64,000 bases of DNA from a virus (IMGVR_UViG_3300035424_000154:23116-87115); one strand, 5' to 3'. Counted from the first letter of the stretch, positions 1 through 8,840 are shown. Made by a program: numbers and translations. The notes: a model not told the origin generated them from the letters alone.

Positions 1-66
1 CTTATTCAGGAATACTTTCCTTTTGGCCGAGAACAGTGTGGCATTGGTGAAAAAGCGTATAGGTCT

Positions 67-1041
67 TTGCGCAAAATCGAAGAGGCTTTAAGGGCTGGAT
101 TGAATCGGGCTGATACTGCAAAACTGTTAGACCTTCCTAACGGAGTAGATAGTTATACCGCTTGTCAAAATGGAATCAAGCAGTGTCAAATGAATCTGAG
201 CGTAGCTATGCAAAATGACGGATTGGTGGATCTGGTTCAGCTAATGGAGGATATGAAAAAACCGCCATATGGATGGGACGATGATCCTCATGCGGCTTAT
301 TGCCTTGGGTATGCCATATGTGATTATTTGGATAATACATGGATTTGGGACGAGATTTATTGTTTTCAATCTCATAGCGAAACGCTCGTTAGTGTTCTAC
401 GTAATGTTCTCAGAGGAAGTCTGGGACGGAGACATTCTTTTGTGTTGGTGTCAGAGGTCGGTCAGTATCTCTCCAGTCGGTTTGCGTATATGTTTGGAAT
501 TAAGGGAAGTGAGTATTGTCCAAGAGACGCTACAGATGTAAGGATATTGGAACTCTATAAGGATGGGGCGTCTGAACGCAAGATCGCCGCTGAACTTGGT
601 ACAATATCCAATGTTGCAATACACAAACGTATTGTAAAAATGCAGACTTTTTCAAAAGAAGATATGCCGTTTTGCAACATGGCTCTTCAGATTTGTTCAA
701 AAATTGAGAAAACTACACGATGGCCTGTAGCTGTAATTGATGAACATTTGCACGAAGTCTTATGTGGCACCTTTGACTCCGAAAAACATATCTGTATCCC
801 AGTGTTTGGTAGGACTAACGTTTGTGCTGAGCTTTCTTATTTTACAGCAGAAAAATGTAAAGCATTGAAGAAAGTATTGGAGACAATTAACACTTACGTT
901 CCCGCTTTGATACAACAAAAGTATGGCACTGATATAGATATGGCGGAGTTGGAACAGGCTTGTACCACATCAGCTTCTGGATGGTTATGGAGCAGTGAAA
1001 CTTTTTGGGAATGTGTTGAGCACTATATAAAAAAAAGATAG
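67..1041 (+). CDS. Hypothetical protein with internal HTH-like segment
   Basis: 324-aa ORF; ILELYKDGASERKIAAELGTISNVAIHKRI resembles a helix-turn-helix; followed by terminator. Confidence 0.6.
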   Translation: MRKIEEALRAGLNRADTAKLLDLPNGVDSYTACQNGIKQCQMNLSVAMQNDGLVDLVQLMEDMKKPPYGWDDDPHAAYCLGYAICDYLDNTWIWDEIYCFQSHSETLVSVLRNVLRGSLGRRHSFVLVSEVGQYLSSRFAYMFGIKGSEYCPRDATDVRILELYKDGASERKIAAELGTISNVAIHKRIVKMQTFSKEDMPFCNMALQICSKIEKTTRWPVAVIDEHLHEVLCGTFDSEKHICIPVFGRTNVCAELSYFTAEKCKALKKVLETINTYVPALIQQKYGTDIDMAELEQACTTSASGWLWSSETFWECVEHYIKKR

Positions 1042-1085
1042 CTGGTATTGGAAGTCTGAAAAACGTAAAGATGGTTAGCAAATCC

Positions 1086-1122
1086 GCCTCCCCTTCTGTA
1101 ATAAGAAGTGGGAGGCATTTTT
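1086..1122 (+). terminator. Rho-independent terminator
   Basis: GCCTCCC-CTTCT-loop-AGAAG-TGGGAGGC followed by ATTTTT. Confidence 0.7.
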
Positions 1123-1147
1123 GCGTTCGGAAAATCTCCGGTGCATA

Positions 1148-1164
1148 GAGCCGAAAATACATAG
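1148..1164 (+). promoter_or_regulatory. Element-wide intergenic motif, copy 1
   Basis: GAGCCGAAAATACATAG just upstream of RBS of 1180 gene. Confidence 0.7.
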
Positions 1165-1179
1165 CGAGGGTGAGAACGA

Positions 1180-4100
1180 ATGAAGTACATATACCACAAT
1201 GAACCTATTCCGCAGGAAGCTCGCCAAGAGTTGAACGACAAAATCCTTTATCTGGTTGAACAGGATTTAGCCGCTCAGTCTGGGATTACCTGCGAGGATA
1301 TTTATAACGCATACACCGGAGATGGTGGGCTGCATGGCCTGAAGCGTTCCGATTTTGCCAACTACCATGAATATTCGGAAGCTAAGAAGGAGTTTGAAAA
1401 CGGCCAGTTCTTTACCCCGCCCGCTCTCTGCCAGTTTATTATGGAGGCTCTGTCCCCGGAGATGGACGAGACGGTGGCTGACCTCACTTCCGGCATTGCC
1501 ACCTTTGCCAATTTTATGCCGTTGGAAGCCAACTTCTACGGCTGTGAGTTGGACATCAAATCTCATAAGGTGGCGCACTACCTCTACCCCGCTGCCAATC
1601 TGGAACATCGGGACATTCGGTTTTACCAGCCGGATATGCGCTTTGATTACGTGGTCGGCAATCCTCCGTTCAATTTGAAATGGAGTACAGAACAGGGGGA
1701 GATCATCTCCCAGATGTACTACTGTCTTAAAGCGGCGGAACTGTTAAAGCCTATGGGGATTATGGCGATCGTTGTACCGGCGCAATTTCTCTCTGACGAC
1801 TATATGGATAAGCAGAAGATAGCGGAGATGGAGAAACATTTCTCCTTTATGGGACAGATTGAAATTATGGCCGGCGCGTTCAAGTATCTTGGTGTAACCA
1901 ACTATCTGACGAAGGTGATGTTTTGGCAGAAGCGGATGGACGGCGAAGAAATCTCTGGCGAATACCGTTTGGACTGCGACGCTCAAATGCACAGCCTGGA
2001 TAATACCGCTGATTTACTGGCCTACACCAAGGAGAAGATTGTTGCCCCTGCCAGGATGCTGAAGCAACAAAATCGTACCCGTGCCAAACTGCTTGGACGC
2101 AGTGATAGCAATGGCGAGTTTGACTACCAGGTGCGGAAAATGCTGTTTCACATCAAAAAGAACCCCAAATTGGTGGACAAATATGCTAAGTGTCAGGAAT
2201 ATCTGTACAAATTCCAGCACCAGGAGCAGCCCAAGGACATGAAGGCTGAGGAATGGGCGAAAGTTCGCATCACCGAGGCCAAAGTTCTGGCCTATCTGCG
2301 CCGTGTTATTTGTTCCCAAAATAAAAAGCCGAGCCAAGATATAGTGCGGTTGGTCAAACAGGACGGAGGATTGGTTTATAAGGGCTACAGTCAAAAGTCA
2401 CGCAATTCTATCCCAGCTGAACTGAAGCAGCCCATCCCGTTCTATGAACTGGCTTCGGGGCAGGTGGACGCCAAAGGCTATGAACTGTATGGGCGGCTAA
2501 TTCGTCGCAAACAGCGTAACTATGAGCGAGAAACCAAACCGTTCAAAGAAATGGTGGAACAGTCGGATATCGCTCAGTACCTGGACGAGTTTACCGTCTA
2601 CGACAAGGAGAATGAGGAATGGATTTATCTTAACGATACACAAAAGCACGACCTCAACCTTGTTCTTCAGAAGCACTACCACCTGTTGCAATGGGAGCAG
2701 GGCGGCGGTAAGACGCTGGCCGGTATCTCTACGGGCCGATATCGGATGGAACGCCAAGGAGCGCGGAATGTCTGGGTAGTGTCCTCTGCTATCTCCATCA
2801 AGAACAACTGGGATTTGGTGTTCAAGAATTATGGGATGACAAACTATCGGATGATCCGCAGCCTTGCCGATTTGGACGCGGTACAAGATGGAGAGTTTGT
2901 CATAATCACTTTGAATATGCTTTCCAAGTACCGGAAGCAGATTAAACGCCACATTAGGATCAGAGGCAGGAATGTCTGCTTGGTTTTTGATGAGTCGGAT
3001 GAAATGACCAATCCTGATAGCAAGCGCACCAAAGCCGTACTGGATTGCTTCCGTCGTGTGAGGTTCAAGCTGGCAATGACTGGTACTGTTACCCGTAACA
3101 ACATTTCGGAATGTGCGCCTCAGCTGGAACTGTTGTATAACAACTCCTACAATATGCTTTCCTGGGCGGATACATTGTACTACTTTGAGAAGGGCGATGG
3201 TGGTGAAGGGTTCTTGAGCTGCACCAATAATCCGTACTATGGAAAACCCATTCCTGCCTATAAGCCTGGATACACTCTGTTTGCTGAGTCTCATTTGCCG
3301 GAGAAGATCACAGTTTTCGGAGTGGGTAAGAAATCACAGGACATCTTCAACGCGGAGGCGCTGGATAAATTGCTGTCCTATGCGGTCATCACCCGGACGT
3401 TTGCGGAAATCACAGGCAAGGAGATCAGAAGGATTCATCAAATCCCAGTTTCATTCGCCCCTGCGGAGCGTGAGGTGTACAAAAAGGCCGTAGAGGAGTT
3501 CTATTCTATGCGGTCACGGTACTTTGCTTTGACCGGGAATAGCCGTAAGGACAGCATGATGGCGCTGATTCAACAGATTACTTTACTGTTGCGTATTTCT
3601 GCTGCTCCAAACACTGTGGATGAATATGCTGGAGCAGAAGCGCCGGTAAAAATCCAAACGGTTTGTAATATGGTGGAAGAATGGGATAACGAGATCGTAG
3701 TGATTGGTGTGCGCCACAAAGTCGTAGTGGAGTCATATGCCGAGGAGATTCGCAGAAGATTCCCAGATCGGAAACTGTTTGTTGTCACCGGGTCTACTAC
3801 CACCTTGGCTGGACGGCGGAAGTTGAAGCGGACACTGAAGGAGAGCGGGAACGGGATTCTGCTTTGTACGCAACAGTGCCTCCCCTCCTCTGTCAATTTT
3901 GAGTTCGTCAATAAGATCATCATTCCTGAGCTGCACTACAACAATGCCCGGATGAGTCAATTCTATATGCGTTTTGTCCGGTTCACTTCTACGGATTGGA
4001 AGGACATCTACTTTGTCACCTATTCTGGAAGTATTGAGTCAAATCAAATGCAAATGGTGTTAGCAAAAGAGAAATTGAATCTGTTTATGAAGGGGGAGGA

Positions 4101-4227
4101 CGTAGACCTGGACGAGATATACAATCGTTTTGGAGTGGACTATGATCTGATGAGTTTGCTTATGTCTCGTGACCAGGACAAGGACGGAAACTTCTACATC
4201 TCTTGGGGCGAGCAGCAGATCAGCTAA
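1180..4227 (+). CDS. N6-adenine methyltransferase / SNF2-like helicase fusion (DarB-like architecture)
   Basis: GQFFTP, ADLTSGIATF (motif I-like), VGNPPF (motif IV); C-terminal WEQGGGKT Walker A, DESD Walker B, helicase motifs V-VI (SSVNF, SQFYMRFVR). Confidence 0.8.
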   Translation: MKYIYHNEPIPQEARQELNDKILYLVEQDLAAQSGITCEDIYNAYTGDGGLHGLKRSDFANYHEYSEAKKEFENGQFFTPPALCQFIMEALSPEMDETVADLTSGIATFANFMPLEANFYGCELDIKSHKVAHYLYPAANLEHRDIRFYQPDMRFDYVVGNPPFNLKWSTEQGEIISQMYYCLKAAELLKPMGIMAIVVPAQFLSDDYMDKQKIAEMEKHFSFMGQIEIMAGAFKYLGVTNYLTKVMFWQKRMDGEEISGEYRLDCDAQMHSLDNTADLLAYTKEKIVAPARMLKQQNRTRAKLLGRSDSNGEFDYQVRKMLFHIKKNPKLVDKYAKCQEYLYKFQHQEQPKDMKAEEWAKVRITEAKVLAYLRRVICSQNKKPSQDIVRLVKQDGGLVYKGYSQKSRNSIPAELKQPIPFYELASGQVDAKGYELYGRLIRRKQRNYERETKPFKEMVEQSDIAQYLDEFTVYDKENEEWIYLNDTQKHDLNLVLQKHYHLLQWEQGGGKTLAGISTGRYRMERQGARNVWVVSSAISIKNNWDLVFKNYGMTNYRMIRSLADLDAVQDGEFVIITLNMLSKYRKQIKRHIRIRGRNVCLVFDESDEMTNPDSKRTKAVLDCFRRVRFKLAMTGTVTRNNISECAPQLELLYNNSYNMLSWADTLYYFEKGDGGEGFLSCTNNPYYGKPIPAYKPGYTLFAESHLPEKITVFGVGKKSQDIFNAEALDKLLSYAVITRTFAEITGKEIRRIHQIPVSFAPAEREVYKKAVEEFYSMRSRYFALTGNSRKDSMMALIQQITLLLRISAAPNTVDEYAGAEAPVKIQTVCNMVEEWDNEIVVIGVRHKVVVESYAEEIRRRFPDRKLFVVTGSTTTLAGRRKLKRTLKESGNGILLCTQQCLPSSVNFEFVNKIIIPELHYNNARMSQFYMRFVRFTSTDWKDIYFVTYSGSIESNQMQMVLAKEKLNLFMKGEDVDLDEIYNRFGVDYDLMSLLMSRDQDKDGNFYISWGEQQIS

Positions 4228-4237
4228 ACGTAAAGAA

Positions 4238-4264
4238 AAGCCGCCCTCTAAATGGGGGCGGCTT
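4238..4264. terminator. Bidirectional terminator between convergent genes
   Basis: AAGCCGCCCTC-TAAAT-GGGGGCGGCTT with A-run on the left. Confidence 0.8.
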
Positions 4265-4267
4265 AGT

Positions 4268-4657
4268 TCAATCATAGAACCTGAGTGCATCATCGGGGAC
4301 TTGTACTGGATGGTCTGGGTGCTCCTCGTTGTATTCTTGTAGGAAAGAATAGATATCCTCAATGATTCTTCTTGGTGTGTTTTCAGTAAGATAGCTGGAC
4401 AACCGCTCTGGATTGTCTGAGTCCTGATATGCTTCAGATATTTGCATTAAGCAACCTGACATCATATTGACGCTTCTTCTTTTATCGTCTGGATCTGTGG
4501 CGCTCTTAGCTGACCTATAAGCCTCCATAAGAAGGTCTATATGCGATGTAAAATCTTTGTACTGCTGGGATTTGTCAAAAAACGCTTTGGAGGCTATGGA
4601 GACACAAATTAGGACGATCACAGCGGCAAGGCCGACCCATATGCGTTTTTTCATCAC
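4268..4657 (-). CDS. Membrane-anchored hypothetical protein in immunity operon
   Basis: N-terminal KKR plus hydrophobic helix; overlaps stop of immA-like gene. Confidence 0.6.
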   Translation of the reverse strand: MMKKRIWVGLAAVIVLICVSIASKAFFDKSQQYKDFTSHIDLLMEAYRSAKSATDPDDKRRSVNMMSGCLMQISEAYQDSDNPERLSSYLTENTPRRIIEDIYSFLQEYNEEHPDHPVQVPDDALRFYD

Positions 4658-5280
4658 TGCACTCTCCTTGCAACATTTTTCGCTCGGAACGCACGGAGCA
4701 TATCACTTTCCCATGCTGTTTTGATATGGCTTCTGCACCATTTCACATAGCGATCGTATTGAAGTGCTGCCGCTTGAGTGGATAGGCCACACACTGTCTT
4801 CAGTTCGTCAACTGAACGGATTCCCATTTCTCGTAATATTGGCAATGGTGCAAGTAAATTCCACGCAAAATAGTCTGCTTCACTTTCAAGCTGATCGTAA
4901 AATTCGCGTTGTTCTGTATAAGCAATTTCAGCCACCTCCATGGTTTCCAAGTGTCCGATGCAAATATGTCCTATCTCATGCCCCAGCGTCCAACGAACAC
5001 GCCCTGGATTCATAGACCCATTGTATAGAATAAGGTAGCGGTTTAACTCTGGATCATAATGGGTAGCACCAGAATTGCTTTTGCATAGGACAGCAACATC
5101 TTGAACAGAGCAGCCTGCAACCTCTGCCGTCTTTTGATACGACATGATGCGGCAGCTATGAGGAACACACGGCAGGAGTGTTTCGGGCTGGATGGGATAG
5201 GAAATGGTATCCATCCTCTGGTATAGCTCCAAAACCTTGCGTTGTACAAAAACATTTCTTACCATTTCGACCTCCCCCAT
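4654..5280 (-). CDS. immA: ImmA/IrrE-family metallo-endopeptidase (antirepressor)
   Basis: RWTLGHEIGH HExxH motif, ESEADYFAWNLLAP; adjacent to XRE repressor. Confidence 0.85.
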   Translation of the reverse strand: MGEVEMVRNVFVQRKVLELYQRMDTISYPIQPETLLPCVPHSCRIMSYQKTAEVAGCSVQDVAVLCKSNSGATHYDPELNRYLILYNGSMNPGRVRWTLGHEIGHICIGHLETMEVAEIAYTEQREFYDQLESEADYFAWNLLAPLPILREMGIRSVDELKTVCGLSTQAAALQYDRYVKWCRSHIKTAWESDMLRAFRAKNVARRVQ

Positions 5281-5307
5281 TGTTGTGGGATTCTCAATTC
5301 TATCATG

Positions 5308-5691
5308 TTAGGTGTCCGATAATACGGACTTTTTCTGAGGCGGTATATCTTCATCGGAAAACGCATAGTCAAAGCCAATACGGAGAATCCCCATCATGCG
5401 CGTTTTATCCTTATCGGTCATACGCTCTCTGGCCCGCTGGAGGCTTATATAGTCAGGATCGCCCGCCAATGTGTCAGCGGTAGATTTGATATCGGAGACA
5501 CCAACCAAATAGTCGATGGAAACGTTAAAATAACTTGCAATTTTAGCAATTTTGTCGATAGTTGGAGAAACTGAGTGCTTCCACTTTGATATGGAAGAAG
5601 CGCTCATTCCCATTTCGGCCTCTAATTTGTTGAGAGTTATGTTATTTTCTGCACATAGTTCTTTGATTCTGGAGAAAATAATGGAGTCCAT
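5308..5691 (-). CDS. XRE-family HTH repressor (ImmR/cI-like)
   Basis: IKELCAENNITLNKLEAEMGMSASSISKWK...KIASYFNVSIDYLVG. Confidence 0.9.
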   Translation of the reverse strand: MDSIIFSRIKELCAENNITLNKLEAEMGMSASSISKWKHSVSPTIDKIAKIASYFNVSIDYLVGVSDIKSTADTLAGDPDYISLQRARERMTDKDKTRMMGILRIGFDYAFSDEDIPPQKKSVLSDT

Positions 5692-5725
5692 AACTGCACC
5701 TCCTGAAAATTTTCCGGAAAATGTG

Positions 5726-5754
5726 TTGACATCATGAATATATTCTGTTATAGT
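5726..5754 (+). promoter_or_regulatory. Sigma-A promoter, rightward (early)
   Basis: TTGACA(5726-31)-17 bp-TATAGT(5749-54). Confidence 0.8.
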
Positions 5755-5787
5755 AGTCCACGGTCAGAAAATATTCTGGATATAGGC

Positions 5788-5816
5788 ATTATATCATGAA
5801 TAAACGGCAAAGTCAA
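5788..5816 (-). promoter_or_regulatory. Sigma-A promoter, leftward (repressor operon)
   Basis: Minus strand TTGACT(5816-11)-17 bp-TATAAT(5793-88). Confidence 0.8.
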
Positions 5817-5844
5817 TATTCTATAAAGTTGGGAGAGAACAAAA

Positions 5845-6309
5845 ATGCACATTAAAAACAGTATCGTAGCAGACTTCGGCAACTTCAAGCTGGACACTGA
5901 CGCTGTGGGGCTGCGTAGCCTAAGCGATGAGGATATCAAACTCCCTTATACCGGAGTTCTCCCCCAGCAGATGGCCTTAGCGTCCAGTGCCTACATCTAC
6001 TTCAACGTCCAGGTCACGCAGGACGTGAATGTGGTGCTGGTGGTGACTATGAAGAACGGGAAGCAAATGAAGCGTCCTCTGCATACCTCCAATGAGGAGC
6101 TGATTTCCTTGCTGGATGAGTTTTTCGAGCAGGCCCTCGAAAGCACGGGAATGAAGTCCTATTATCTCGGTCTGTGGTGGGCGCACTACATAGACTGGAA
6201 AAAGATCGTGACAAAGCCAGCCCGGTTGCTGAGTGCAATTTCAATGCTCTCTATAAATGACAAAAAAGCGTTGAAAGATGGAATTTCTCGCTGTATATCA
6301 ACTGGATAA
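5845..6309 (+). CDS. Hypothetical protein
   Basis: 154-aa ORF with GGAGAG RBS downstream of rightward promoter. Confidence 0.6.
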   Translation: MHIKNSIVADFGNFKLDTDAVGLRSLSDEDIKLPYTGVLPQQMALASSAYIYFNVQVTQDVNVVLVVTMKNGKQMKRPLHTSNEELISLLDEFFEQALESTGMKSYYLGLWWAHYIDWKKIVTKPARLLSAISMLSINDKKALKDGISRCISTG

Positions 6310-6359
6310 TTTAGAAAACTGGTTTCTTGAAAAAAATTGTTTATTTTTTCATTTCTCTA

Positions 6360-6388
6360 TTGACATCTCTTGTAAGGTGTGGTAATAT
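6360..6388 (+). promoter_or_regulatory. Sigma-A promoter with extended -10
   Basis: TTGACA(6360-65)-17 bp-TG.TAATAT(6383-88). Confidence 0.75.
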
Positions 6389-6424
6389 AAGAATCACAGG
6401 GAACAAGTTGAGCGGATTGGAGAG

Positions 6425-7348
6425 ATGAAAATGATCCGTAATACCTTCTTTGAGGACTCCGTATTCACATCTATGGGTGAAGTACAGCAGCGAGAGCTTC
6501 GTCGGACTTTGAAAAAGGTGGCCGAGTTTGAGGAAAGTACAGGCCAGTCATTGGAGGACGGATTCACCAGAGAACAGTATGTAGCTCTGTTTAACTCGAT
6601 GAAGATTCGTCGCACCTATAATCTTTTTCACTTCAAGAGCCTCCTAACCAAGTATGTACAGTATCTTGTTGCTGACGGTTCGTTGGCGTTGGAACAGTGC
6701 AACATTTTAGATTCTATCTCCCCAGACGACCTCAGTGTGGTTTACTACTTCAAGAACATCAATATGCTGTACGAAGCCGTAAAGGATACTATCGAATCGT
6801 CGGAGTGCTATGATCCAGCGACATTTGATCCACCTGCGGTAGCAATCTTCCTTTCTTGGTATGGGTTGACAAAGGAAGAAATTGCTGATTATCGAAAAGA
6901 GAATGTTCTTGACGATGGGATTATCATAAGAGGTGAGAAGATTACACCTCCATTCCACGTCCTTCAGTTCTTTACGGCAATGCGTGACGCAGAGGGTTAT
7001 TATCAGCAGGCCAAAGGCCGTGTCTTTCACACCTACCCCTATTCTGAGTATCTGATCCGTACAAGATTCAAAGATCACGTTAAGCCGATTGATGTGGTGA
7101 ATCTGGTAGCTCGTGCAAACAAAGTGATGGATGGCGAGTATTCTTTAGAGCTGAACGTGATTCGTCAGTCTGGTATCTTCTTCCGGGCTTATCAACTGGA
7201 ATGTGATAGCGTCAAGTTCGATTTGAGCGATCCGGTATTTGCTTCCAAGGTCTTTTGCGAGGACTTCACCGGTAAGGCCAAAAAGTACAAAGTGGCGCAT
7301 ATGTCCCGTATCCAGGACTTCAAGCTCTACAAGCAACTATTTTACTAA
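6425..7348 (+). CDS. MrpR/YopR-like repressor (tyrosine-recombinase fold, probably catalytically dead)
   Basis: Size about 307 aa; AEFEESTGQSLEDGFTREQY..FNSM, KSLLTKYVQYL, AIFLSWYGL..EEI, and IRQSG replacing the HxLRHS catalytic motif, as in SPbeta MrpR-type proteins. Confidence 0.6.
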   Translation: MKMIRNTFFEDSVFTSMGEVQQRELRRTLKKVAEFEESTGQSLEDGFTREQYVALFNSMKIRRTYNLFHFKSLLTKYVQYLVADGSLALEQCNILDSISPDDLSVVYYFKNINMLYEAVKDTIESSECYDPATFDPPAVAIFLSWYGLTKEEIADYRKENVLDDGIIIRGEKITPPFHVLQFFTAMRDAEGYYQQAKGRVFHTYPYSEYLIRTRFKDHVKPIDVVNLVARANKVMDGEYSLELNVIRQSGIFFRAYQLECDSVKFDLSDPVFASKVFCEDFTGKAKKYKVAHMSRIQDFKLYKQLFY

Positions 7349-7366
7349 ATGGCTTCGGCCATTTAG
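7345..7366 (+). terminator. Perfect hairpin with UUCG loop after mrpR-like gene
   Basis: CTAAATGGC-TTCG-GCCATTTAG; no long U tract. Confidence 0.55.
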
Positions 7367-7377
7367 TTAATAGAATA

Positions 7378-7394
7378 GAGACAAAAATACATAG
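7378..7394 (+). promoter_or_regulatory. Element-wide intergenic motif, copy 2
   Basis: GAGACAAAAATACATAG. Confidence 0.75.
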
Positions 7395-7402
7395 CAAAGG
7401 AG

Positions 7403-7708
7403 ATGAACAGTATGCTATTCAGCAAGCAGTCAGCGCCTACCCCCCCCATCTCGCACGACATTCTCATGGAAAAGCAGAACGAGGTGGCTCGGCTGGCCCG
7501 ACAAGCAAACGAGGCAGTTGACCTCGTGACCCGCACTATCAACGATTTGGAGGGTATCAACCAGCAGATCGACGGTGCATTGTCTGAGATCGACGCCTAC
7601 GCTCAGGAGCTGGCCGCGACTCGTGCGGCTATGTCCAAACAGCGGAGCAACAATACCGCTATCATTTCTAACTTCGCAAAGCTCCTGGATACCAGCAGCG
7701 CGGAGTAG
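7403..7708 (+). CDS. Small coiled-coil protein
   Basis: AAGGAG RBS; heptad-rich 101-aa ORF. Confidence 0.65.
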   Translation: MNSMLFSKQSAPTPPISHDILMEKQNEVARLARQANEAVDLVTRTINDLEGINQQIDGALSEIDAYAQELAATRAAMSKQRSNNTAIISNFAKLLDTSSAE

Positions 7709-7722
7709 TAACCAATGAGATT

Positions 7723-7776
7723 GGGACGCTAACAGCCATTTTACAATATCAATTTTTCTTTGACACAATGCGTCCT
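7723..7776 (+). ncRNA. Stand-alone stem-loop RNA A with ACAGC(C)A module
   Basis: GGGACGC(7723-29)/GCGTCCT(7770-76) terminal helix, TA-ACAGCCA after 5' strand, AAT before 3' strand; matches copy C. Confidence 0.65.
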
Positions 7777-7787
7777 ATGAAGCCCAT

Positions 7788-7878
7788 GGAGGGGTAAGCC
7801 TAATTGGTAAGGCCCCGGTTTGCTAAACCGGCAGTAACCCGAAAGGGCGTATGGGTTCGAGTCCCATCCCCTTCGCCA
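7788..7878 (+). tRNA. tRNA-Ser(GCT), canonical
   Basis: Acceptor GGAGGGG/CCCCTTC, CCGGT-TT GCT AA-ACCGG anticodon arm, long variable arm, GGTTCGAGTCC T-loop, G73 plus CCA. Confidence 0.95.
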
Positions 7879-7930
7879 GGACAGTGCATCCACACAGTCC
7901 ATAACAATGTGGAGAACTTCTGGCACCTCC

Positions 7931-7948
7931 TCTCTCTCTCTCTCTCTC
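7931..7948. repeat. (TC)9 microsatellite
   Basis: tctctctctctctctctc directly visible, upstream of the paired GAAAGA hairpins. Confidence 0.9.
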
Positions 7949-7996
7949 TTTGACGGCGGGAAAGACCGCTGACAGCCTGGAAAGACAGGCGCATAT

Positions 7997-8110
7997 GGGA
8001 AGCGTCTGGTAGGCAGCATTACAGTGTAATAGACGGCGGACACTTACAGCAATTTTACATAAAAAGACTTGAAATCTTTTGCTTGCGGTTCGACTCCGCA
8101 GCTCCCCACA
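7997..8110 (+). ncRNA. tRNA-like RNA B with inserted ACAGCAA module; retains TGA (Ser) anticodon hairpin
   Basis: Acceptor GGGAAGC/GCTCCCC, T-arm TGCGG-TTCGACT-CCGCA, AAAGA-CT TGA AA-TCTTT hairpin; module GACAC-TT-ACAGCAA at 8046-52 lies 5' of the hairpin. Confidence 0.75.
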
Positions 8111-8148
8111 AAGCCGTCATAGCGATTCTCAGAAAGGAGGTTCGTGCC

Positions 8149-8178
8149 GTGAACAGAGTACGCGACCAGACCATTTGA
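8149..8178 (+). CDS. Putative 9-aa micropeptide MNRVRDQTI
   Basis: AAGGAGG at 8134-40, 8 nt before GTG. Confidence 0.35.
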   Translation: MNRVRDQTI

Positions 8179-8288
8179 GCTATCTATGGAAAAATGTATT
8201 CGGCTGAAATGTATGGGGCGGTGCCCCGACAAAATGTGAACCGCTCACAAAAGTGCGGAAAATTGGGACGCAGTTAAGGAGGCTCTGC

Positions 8289-8318
8289 ATGAATAAAGCA
8301 CGAGACAAGCCCTGGTAG
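8289..8318 (+). CDS. Putative 9-aa micropeptide MNKARDKPW
   Basis: AAGGAGG at 8276-82, 6 nt before ATG; resembles 8149 peptide. Confidence 0.35.
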   Translation: MNKARDKPW

Positions 8319-8365
8319 CGGATGAACCAATCGTACATTCGATCTGATGATTTTTGAACAACATA

Positions 8366-8415
8366 TGGACGCTAACAGCAAATCATTCATAAATTTGAAA
8401 AACAAAATGCGTCCA
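8366..8415 (+). ncRNA. Stand-alone stem-loop RNA C with ACAGCAA module
   Basis: TGGACGC/GCGTCCA terminal helix; TA-ACAGCAA at 8375-81; AAT before 3' strand. Confidence 0.7.
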
Positions 8416-8457
8416 CTACACATCTGGCGAACGCCATTCATGGATATAGCGGTTTAT

Positions 8458-8514
8458 AGGGGCTTCCGTTTCCAATGTGTTTCAGATGACACAGACAGCA
8501 ATTAAAAAGCCCCT
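8458..8514 (+). ncRNA. Stem-loop RNA D with internal ACAGCAA module
   Basis: AGGGGCTT/AAGCCCCT closing helix enclosing AAT-GTGT..ACAC-AG-ACAGCAA (8495-8501). Confidence 0.65.
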
Positions 8515-8519
8515 GATAT

Positions 8520-8636
8520 GCGGGGATAGCTCAGTGGATAGAGCGGCGGTATAAGAAATGTGGAACGGGTATTTCACTAACAGCAAAATTCTTGGGGAAC
8601 CGTAAGTCGTAGGTTCGATTCCTACTCCCTGCACCA
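8520..8636 (+). ncRNA. tRNA-like RNA E (Pro-GGG-like) with 48-nt anticodon loop carrying the module
   Basis: GCGGGGA/TCCCTGC acceptor, TAGCTCAG..AGAGC D-arm, GCGGT/ACCGT anticodon stem, GTTCGATTC T-loop, ACCA end; loop ends TT GGG GA. Confidence 0.8.
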
Positions 8637-8720
8637 GCCGTTTGGGAACGGTGCATACAATCAAATCTCCTTTGCATGACGGTGGGAACGACCACTACTG
8701 CCGTGTAAGCGCGGCAATAT

Positions 8721-8840
8721 GCGGGCGTAGCTCAAGTGGTAGAGCAACCGACAATACAAAGTGTGTCATGGTATGACACCAACAGCAATTTCTTTGGAAA
8801 AATCAGTTTGTTGGAGGTTCGAGTCCTCCCGCCCGCATCA
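8721..8840 (+). ncRNA. tRNA-like RNA F (Phe-GAA-like) with 51-nt anticodon loop carrying the module
   Basis: GCGGGCG/CGCCCGC acceptor, canonical D and T arms, ACCGA/TCAGT stem, GTGTCAT/ATGACAC hairpin then ACAGCAA (8782-88); ends ATCA. Confidence 0.8.

Noticed and set aside
8344-8400. CTGATGA hammerhead-like core
   Set aside because: No convincing stem II followed by GAAA and no stem I/III pairing found
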